Assembly: GCA_965205015.1 (NCBI GenBank)
Contig: OZ242029.1
Span: forward strand, 416,001-480,000
Origin: Candidatus Poribacteria bacterium
Lineage (GTDB): Bacteria; Poribacteria; WGA-4E; WGA-3G
Direction: 5' to 3'
Length of the DNA stretch: 64,000 nt
Below are positions 57,849-64,000 of the stretch, piece after piece. Each line of letters begins with the position of its first letter. Within the stretch, counting starts at the first letter, position 1. The notes below the pieces were generated by a model, which searched no databases, had not been told where the DNA came from, and saw nothing but the letters and a program-made list of their open reading frames with translations. Position numbers and translations under genes: made by a program.

Positions 57849-58314
57849 AAAGCATGGGGTCTTGACGGGAAGATTGATAAATTCGTCTGGACGCACATCT
57901 TATCTGTCGATGAATTGGCGGAAATCAGGATGCAGGCGATGGAGGCGTTCTGCCGAGACTTTGAAAACGGTAAGCAACACGGACGCTATATAGACGCATC
58001 ACTCCCCAATTTACCCTTCCCCGACGGTCATTTCGACCTCGTGCTCTCCGCACATCTGCTTTTCTTTTACTCCGCCAACAGAGATTTAGCGTTCCATCTC
58101 AATGCGATTCGGGAACTCCTTCGTATCGGAACTGAGGTGAGAATCTTCCCGATTGTTGATGTCAACAGCAACCCTTCGCCCTTTTTGTCACCTGTTATTG
58201 ATGAACTGGAAAAAGACCGGATTGCTTGCTCAGTGGAGCGTGTTCCCTACCATTTTCAGAAAACCGGGAATGAGATGCTACGGTTAAAGTCGTGCTGATT
58301 GTCTGACTCACAGA

Positions 58315-59241
58315 CTACCACTTCTGTGTCGGTGTTTCGGAGAGGTCTTTGACGAATTCGTAGGTCCAATCCACGGTCCGATACCCGCAGTTGCTATAAA
58401 AGAGGAACGCTCGGTGGTTATCCCAAGCAGTGCTAATCGCCGCATGCCGGTATCCGACTTTGTGCATCTCTTGCAGCGCGTATTGGAGCAGGTAACGCCC
58501 CAAACCCTGTCCCTGAAAATCGTCCTCAATACCGAGCCAAACGGTATGCAGCCAGGCTTGTGCATCGGTATCGTTTGAGAACTCACCCCCACAGAGGGAT
58601 TCACAGATGCCAACCTGCTCCCCGTTTTGGTGGGCGAGCACAGTGCAGTTCGGGAATTGCCCACGTCCATCCTGCCACTCGACAGAAAGCGTTACCGGTA
58701 GACTCGAAGGGACTGGCGTAACGGAATAATCCTTCCAATCCAAAAAGACCTCGCCAGCAGAACGATGGTATCCGTTATATCCGAGGAGACCCTGAACGTG
58801 ATCAAGTGCGTCCGATAGATAAGCGTGTTCAAAGTGATAAAAGCGGTATCGGCAATCTTGTGGGAAAGCGAAAATTCGGGAAACGTTAAATGTTTTCAGA
58901 TAGGCTTCGGCTTTTTCAAGCACGGCTTGTCCAATACGCCGCGCCCCGCGTGCGTAGGCGAAGAACCGAATAACACCTATGTCCTCTTCTCTATTATCCC
59001 CGATCTGACCGATACCGACGTGGATAAACGCCTGCACTGCACCGTTCGCCATTGCAACAAAGGCAGCTTCGGAGTCGAGCCCACCCTCCTTCTTATCGGC
59101 TTTACCGGTGGCAACCCCGCGTATCGCAGTAGCCAATTCTTCCGCTTTCACCGGATAGCACTTCGGCACATTGGCGGTCATACGGTTGTAAAATTGGGTT
59201 AAGGGCGCTTGCATGTCGGGTGTATATTGAAGAATATCCAT
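58315..59241 (-). CDS. GNAT family acetyltransferase
   Basis: FQGQGLGRYLL, NHRAFLFYSNCGY. Confidence 0.85.
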   Translation of the reverse strand: MDILQYTPDMQAPLTQFYNRMTANVPKCYPVKAEELATAIRGVATGKADKKEGGLDSEAAFVAMANGAVQAFIHVGIGQIGDNREEDIGVIRFFAYARGARRIGQAVLEKAEAYLKTFNVSRIFAFPQDCRYRFYHFEHAYLSDALDHVQGLLGYNGYHRSAGEVFLDWKDYSVTPVPSSLPVTLSVEWQDGRGQFPNCTVLAHQNGEQVGICESLCGGEFSNDTDAQAWLHTVWLGIEDDFQGQGLGRYLLQYALQEMHKVGYRHAAISTAWDNHRAFLFYSNCGYRTVDWTYEFVKDLSETPTQKW

Positions 59242-59250
59242 CCATTTCTC

Positions 59251-61878
59251 CTAACGTTTCTCGACCCGGAAACTGGCATCCAACGCCTTTTCAACTCGGA
59301 CTTGCGATTCTTCAAGGTGCGCAAAACTGTAATCGTCAAGGTTACCTCTGGCATTTTGAAGTACGCGCTGTATCTTACCCCTGATTTGTCCGAGATGGAG
59401 ACGTGCAAGCGATCGCGCATCTTCAGGCGTGCCACTGTCGGCTTCCAACACCAGTTTGATGAGTTGCTTCAAGTGCTCACGCTGCAAACCGCGACGGAAA
59501 CTGGAGATGAACGCATCTGAATTCGACCACTGCTTCGCACCCGCATCCCTCCCGAGTTCGACCCAGACTGCATCCGTAATGCCTGAAAAGAGTTCTGGCA
59601 GTGTGAACGCCTCCTCACCCTTAGGGAACTTAAGTTCAGCGTCCTGAACGCGGGACAGAACCGAGGGATAAAGCATGCGTTCCAAGATGAGGGTTTGATT
59701 GCGCAGAATAACATCATGCACCGGATAATCGAAACGTGTAGAGGTCCAACTATCTCCGCCCCAATCACTCCAACGGGTAATTGCCAGACTATTGAGGAGT
59801 TCGGGCGAGAAACTGAAGGCTTTATCTGAAAGGGCATATTCCTTGATGAATTGGAGTGCCTCGCGTTGTTTCGCTGCTGGCACAGGCACAAACGGTAGAC
59901 GCCCATTCTCATCACCCCGATGATCGCGATGGTGATACTGCCCACCGATGTATCGGCTTGCGAGATACATTGTGAAACCGTGTTCATACAGCAGACTCCC
60001 AAAAGCACGCCTGACCCGCTGATAGCCCATCCCTTCCTTCGCAACTTTGTCGGCAATCTTATCCCAGAGTCCCACAACGACCTCGCGTCGTTGCTTAGCA
60101 AACGCAAGCGGATCATCACCGAGGTCCCACCGATTTACCAGTGGATCGAGGTCTCTGAAGCGGTACCCATAAGCGTCTTCATCTGTACCATAAGTGAGTT
60201 CTGATGATGCAACACGGGAAGCGATCTCACCTAACGCTTTCAATTCACCTTCGGGTTTGCTGGCATCAATGGGTTTATAGGCGTACTCGACCACCCAGTA
60301 ATCCCAAGGTCCGATCGTCTTTGTATAGTAATCCCCCTGTTCCTGACCTTCCGGTGCGATATTCACGGCATCGTATTCCATAACGGAGCCGATAAGTGCT
60401 TCGCCCTTCTTTTTGTTCAAGTCGTCAAGAGAGAAGATCGTACTCGCTTTAAAGTTGTGGCGGAATCCCAACGTATGTCCGACTTCGTGCATCGTTAACG
60501 TCTTGAGTGCCTCCCCAATGAACTCCTCCGGGAGCTCACCGTCTTCGTCAGCCAAACCCCGTGCCTGCAAGACACTTGCCATAAAGCCCATCTGCCGTGC
60601 TAATCCGGATGCGATCTGACATTGGAAGTGTGAAGAGTGGTCCATCGGGTGGTCGCGTTCATGTGCTACCTCATCAAAGAACGTCGTATACTCGCGCTGC
60701 CAGTACCGGATCCAACTTTCACCGATAAGGATATCGGCATCCAAGATCTGTCCCGTCAACGGGTTCACGCGAGAGGGACCGATCGCGAACCCCGCGCCAA
60801 CCATCCAACGAATCGTATTGTACCGCGCATCTTCGGGGTCCCAGTCCTCATGGTCTTGCTGAATCCGCGCTTCAATCGCATCGGCAAAGCCTATTTTTTC
60901 AAACGCCTTGTTCCATTCCAGAATCCCCTGTCGGACATAGGGACGGTAGCGATGCGGTACGGTTTTCTCAATGTAGAAGATGATCGGTGCTTTTGGGGGT
61001 GAAAGTTTCGCATCTTTGTCGGCTTTCTCCAAATGCCAGCGGTTGACATACCGGATAAAAGGGGCATCACTGGTTTTAGACGAATAGTCTTTGACCGCCG
61101 TCATAAAATGTCCGAGGCGATCATCAGCCAATCGGGGACGATAATTGTTCTCTGGAAGTCCAGCGAGACTGTAGTGCAGCGTCAACTGGATCCCACGACT
61201 GTCCGGAATGGTACTCATATTCCTTTGGGAACTGTAGACAGCATTGACTTTTAACTCAACGTTCTTCGGGAACGCCTTGACTGCTCCCCACGTACTCCGC
61301 GTTTTGTCGAAGCGGGCATCAGATGCAATACGGCGTGCCAAAGGCGGTAGGTCGGATATGAAAACCGGAGAGATGTTCACCAGCACGCTCTTCCGTTGCG
61401 GGTGGATGCTTTCAATCTTGAGGGAGAACAGCACGGAGTCGTTGTGCCCTAAGTCAACCGCTTCTGCAATCGGTGTCCCTTTGTCCGCACGGAAACGCAC
61501 ATTTTTTCGCACCAGATGCACCTTGTCCCCGACACGCCGCCAGACGAGCATCCACTCCTCCAGCGTCATCCCTGAAAGGAGGAATCCTTGCCCCAGACCG
61601 CGCGCAACGCTAATCATGCACAGAAAGGGCTTGTCCAACTGGGAGGGTTGAATTTCGCAATAGAGGTTCTCTTTTTTCTGGTACAGTTTGAAAAAGCCCT
61701 CGTAACTTTTACTGTCCTCGGTCACCTTTGAAAAATCTTCAAACTCTTTCTTCTTTTTTGCGGGTGCTTCCTGTGTCGTCGGTTTTGCGGGTTGTGTCGC
61801 TTCCTGAGCAGATACCGAAAAGCAAAAAACCCCTATTAGAATTAGACAGATCCAGAAAGTCAATTGATATCGCATCAT
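59251..61878 (-). CDS. secreted zinc-dependent metalloprotease (DUF5117/DUF4953, EcxA-like)
   Basis: signal peptide; RPRLADDRLGHF, PLTGQILDADI, HEVGHTLGFRHNF, SVMEY. Confidence 0.9.
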   Translation of the reverse strand: MMRYQLTFWICLILIGVFCFSVSAQEATQPAKPTTQEAPAKKKKEFEDFSKVTEDSKSYEGFFKLYQKKENLYCEIQPSQLDKPFLCMISVARGLGQGFLLSGMTLEEWMLVWRRVGDKVHLVRKNVRFRADKGTPIAEAVDLGHNDSVLFSLKIESIHPQRKSVLVNISPVFISDLPPLARRIASDARFDKTRSTWGAVKAFPKNVELKVNAVYSSQRNMSTIPDSRGIQLTLHYSLAGLPENNYRPRLADDRLGHFMTAVKDYSSKTSDAPFIRYVNRWHLEKADKDAKLSPPKAPIIFYIEKTVPHRYRPYVRQGILEWNKAFEKIGFADAIEARIQQDHEDWDPEDARYNTIRWMVGAGFAIGPSRVNPLTGQILDADILIGESWIRYWQREYTTFFDEVAHERDHPMDHSSHFQCQIASGLARQMGFMASVLQARGLADEDGELPEEFIGEALKTLTMHEVGHTLGFRHNFKASTIFSLDDLNKKKGEALIGSVMEYDAVNIAPEGQEQGDYYTKTIGPWDYWVVEYAYKPIDASKPEGELKALGEIASRVASSELTYGTDEDAYGYRFRDLDPLVNRWDLGDDPLAFAKQRREVVVGLWDKIADKVAKEGMGYQRVRRAFGSLLYEHGFTMYLASRYIGGQYHHRDHRGDENGRLPFVPVPAAKQREALQFIKEYALSDKAFSFSPELLNSLAITRWSDWGGDSWTSTRFDYPVHDVILRNQTLILERMLYPSVLSRVQDAELKFPKGEEAFTLPELFSGITDAVWVELGRDAGAKQWSNSDAFISSFRRGLQREHLKQLIKLVLEADSGTPEDARSLARLHLGQIRGKIQRVLQNARGNLDDYSFAHLEESQVRVEKALDASFRVEKR

Positions 61879-62145
61879 CTCTCCTCCTTATTTCATTACC
61901 GATAGACAAATACGCGTGAGTGCTACCAGTGTGAGAGGTTTAGGTGTCTTTTTCCGCGCCAATCCGTTTCTGCCGTAGGTTTACCGTCCGAAGAGGGATA
62001 GAAGGGTGTTGGCACAGACATGATTTTTTTCCGCAGGGTGCTACCTCCTCAAAGGATTATCAAACTGCCAAGACTTTCGTCATTAAGGATAACACACAAG
62101 GTGCGAAATGTCAATTTGCATCAAGGTCTTCTTGTTATCCCCACT

Positions 62146-62901
62146 TTACTGATAATGAATCCGCCGATTGCCATCGAATGAAAACCTGGGCCAATCACGT
62201 TCCCAGTTTTCGGAGGCGTAAGGGATATAATGGCACGCCAAGGCGTGTCTACGCGTTCCCGACTTCAAAATTTCCGCGCCCCCGTGGATTAACTTTCCAT
62301 CAAATAGAATCACGTCCCCAGCATTCACCATCACCTGAACTGCGTCGGTTCCGTTTTCGTCGAAAACCTGTTTGACGGCTGGAAAATAACGGTTGTGCTG
62401 TTGCAACTCGTACGTCTCTCCGGGCAACAATGTCATCGGCACATCATTTTTCGTAATCAATCGACCCCGGTTCGACCCCGGCTGGACTATCAGGGGTCCA
62501 TTATCTTCATCAACACGAACCATCGCAAGCCAAGCGGATATGCAATCGGGTAGATAATACTGGTCTTGATGCAGCGGATGCTCCGATCCTTCATAAAAAT
62601 GCATCGTTTGGATGCCTTCCGGTTCCCCACCGAAACAATCCGCGAGCGGCTTATGTAAGCGCGGATCAATAAGCATATCCAGCACGACGGGATCGTAAAG
62701 ATGCTGATTAAAGGTTCGAGACCCGTATTTATCCTGTTGAAAGAACCCCTCAAGTTGCTTGTGACCTGTGTGCAGGTCTTCCATGTGCTTAACAAAACGC
62801 TGACATTCCTCTTGCGAGAAAACACCTTCAAGAACGAGATACCCATTCTCTTGATAAAATGTTTTTTGTGCAGGTGTCAAACCTGTCTTTTCGGATGCCA
62901 T
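62146..62901 (-). CDS. PhyH family dioxygenase
   Basis: FYQENGYL, PLHQDQYY, NGPL..PGS, GDVILF..LIHGG. Confidence 0.9.
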   Translation of the reverse strand: MASEKTGLTPAQKTFYQENGYLVLEGVFSQEECQRFVKHMEDLHTGHKQLEGFFQQDKYGSRTFNQHLYDPVVLDMLIDPRLHKPLADCFGGEPEGIQTMHFYEGSEHPLHQDQYYLPDCISAWLAMVRVDEDNGPLIVQPGSNRGRLITKNDVPMTLLPGETYELQQHNRYFPAVKQVFDENGTDAVQVMVNAGDVILFDGKLIHGGAEILKSGTRRHALACHYIPYASENWERDWPRFSFDGNRRIHYQ

Positions 62902-63003
62902 TTTCCCTCCTCAAGAAGTTGCAGACTCTTTTTAGCGGCTTCTCTTTTTATTTTATCACAATCTTTGGTGACACTGTAGTTAAATTCTTAGATTCTGAAG
63001 GGT

Positions 63004-63032
63004 TTGACAGCCTTTACCAAAACTGTTATCAT
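63004..63032 (+). promoter_or_regulatory. sigma70 promoter
   Basis: TTGACA-N17-TATCAT with extended TG. Confidence 0.7.
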
Positions 63033-63076
63033 ATTTGCAAGTATTTTCGCCAAAGAGGGTTGAAAGGAGACGATTA

Positions 63077-63826
63077 ATGGAAAGGGTTCCGAAGATTGTC
63101 GCAATTGGTGGGGGAGAAATTAGTGAACAGGAAACCGAGGCGATTGATAGACGTATCATTGAATTAACCGGCAAAACACAGCCGAAGGCACTCTTTATTC
63201 CAACCGCCAGTAGCGATGCTCATGGATATATTGAGACGTTTGAGACATATTACGGCGGACATCTCGGGTGTCAAACGCGGAGTCTCAAACTCACACAAGA
63301 GCCACCAGCATTTGATGAGATGTCAGCACTCGTGTTGGACTCGGACCTTATTTATGTTGGGGGCGGAAACACGCTCCGAATGATGAAACTCTGGCGACGG
63401 CTGGGATTAGATACCGTGCTGGCGGAAGCCGCATCCCGCGGCATCGTCCTATCAGGTCTCAGTGCCGGGGCGATCTGCTGGTTTAAATACGGACATAGCG
63501 ATTCCCAGTCTTTCACCAGCAATCCGAAATGGGACTATATCCGTGTGAGGGGACTCGGATTCATCAACGCTATATACTGCCCGCACTATCACTTCGAGAA
63601 GCGAGAACATAGTTTTTCACAGACAATTGCAAAGCGAAGCGGGATCGGCATCGCCTGTGATAACAACGCCGCAATTGAGATCGTAGGTGATCACTATCGC
63701 ATTATCACTTCTGCCCCTACCGGGAAGGCATACAAACTCTTTAAGCGTAAAGGAGAAGTTGTTCGTACGGAATTATCCGAAAATAGTGACTACACATCTT
63801 TAGCCGACCTTTTAAGGCGGAGATAA
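63077..63826 (+). CDS. peptidase E (S51) family
   Basis: AAGGAG RBS; FIPTAS, YVGGGNT, GLSAGA, CPHY. Confidence 0.9.
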   Translation: MERVPKIVAIGGGEISEQETEAIDRRIIELTGKTQPKALFIPTASSDAHGYIETFETYYGGHLGCQTRSLKLTQEPPAFDEMSALVLDSDLIYVGGGNTLRMMKLWRRLGLDTVLAEAASRGIVLSGLSAGAICWFKYGHSDSQSFTSNPKWDYIRVRGLGFINAIYCPHYHFEKREHSFSQTIAKRSGIGIACDNNAAIEIVGDHYRIITSAPTGKAYKLFKRKGEVVRTELSENSDYTSLADLLRRR

Positions 63827-64000
63827 CGCCAAAACACGGAAACCGAAATATGTCTTGACGGATTGCCCGCGCCGTACCATTCTATCCCAATCAACACTTT
63901 TTAAAGAATTGAAAGCACTTCCCGGTGTTGTCGATGCGCAACGGAACATCCTGTACGACATATTTCAGACGCTTTCAGGAAATGTGTCAATTCCCACGCC

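Larger units (their letters stand above)
55048..57876 (-). mobile_element. IS200/IS605-family tnpB-only element with a nested IS
   Basis: minus strand: TTTAT|CAATCTTCCCGTCAAG left end; right end ...CCTTTAGGCAGTGGGTGCTATCAC|; no target duplication; excision restores the host gene. Confidence 0.9.
54786..58298 (+). pseudogene. SAM-dependent methyltransferase split by a TnpB element (parts 54786-55047 and 57877-58298)
   Basis: joining gives in-frame AQQNQ-D-KFVWTHIL; DVGGGPASF in the first part, LPFPDGHFDLVLSAHLLF in the second. Confidence 0.9.

Noticed and set aside
55048-57876. IStron (self-splicing) rescue of the methyltransferase
   Set aside because: The element is antisense to the host gene and no group I intron core was seen.
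57210-58298. 362-aa ORF as a real gene
   Set aside because: It is a chimera of antisense transposase sequence, IS ends and the 3' half of the disrupted methyltransferase.

Overview
Bacterial chromosomal window of moderate GC. The gene repertoire (LamG, Kelch, TolB-like and WD40-cohesin-dockerin-FlgD secreted proteins, Uma2, PhyH, Gfo/Idh/MocA, EutN) suggests Ca. Poribacteria, which is an inference. It holds an expanded cluster of secreted beta-propeller genes, a membrane-anchored ECF sigma fusion, a tetrapyrrole cluster (hemB, hemL, sirC-like, ccsA, hemA, hemC, cobA-hemD), assorted metabolic genes, a toxin-antitoxin cluster and five mobile elements: ISAs1, an IsrB/omegaRNA element, an ORF-less omegaRNA element, a TnpB element and an IS4-like element nested in it. 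Main highlights: (1) ten otherwise unrelated signal-peptide proteins, plus two orphan relics, end in the same ~20-aa tail, V-[DESA]-[PA]-x(2-3)-[KL]-[LV]-x-[TK]-x-W-[GA]-x-[LV]-K, a candidate undescribed C-terminal sorting/secretion signal. (2) A stand-alone omegaRNA element is inserted exactly at the ancestral ATGA stop/start overlap of hemC and cobA-hemD. (3) The IsrB and TnpB elements share the same transposon end and target motif. (4) A ~110-nt dispersed repeat forms gene leaders and protein N-termini. (5) A sigma54-promoter-driven structured RNA candidate lies at the window start. No rRNA, tRNA or CRISPR array was seen. All calls come from reading motifs by eye; no database searches were run.
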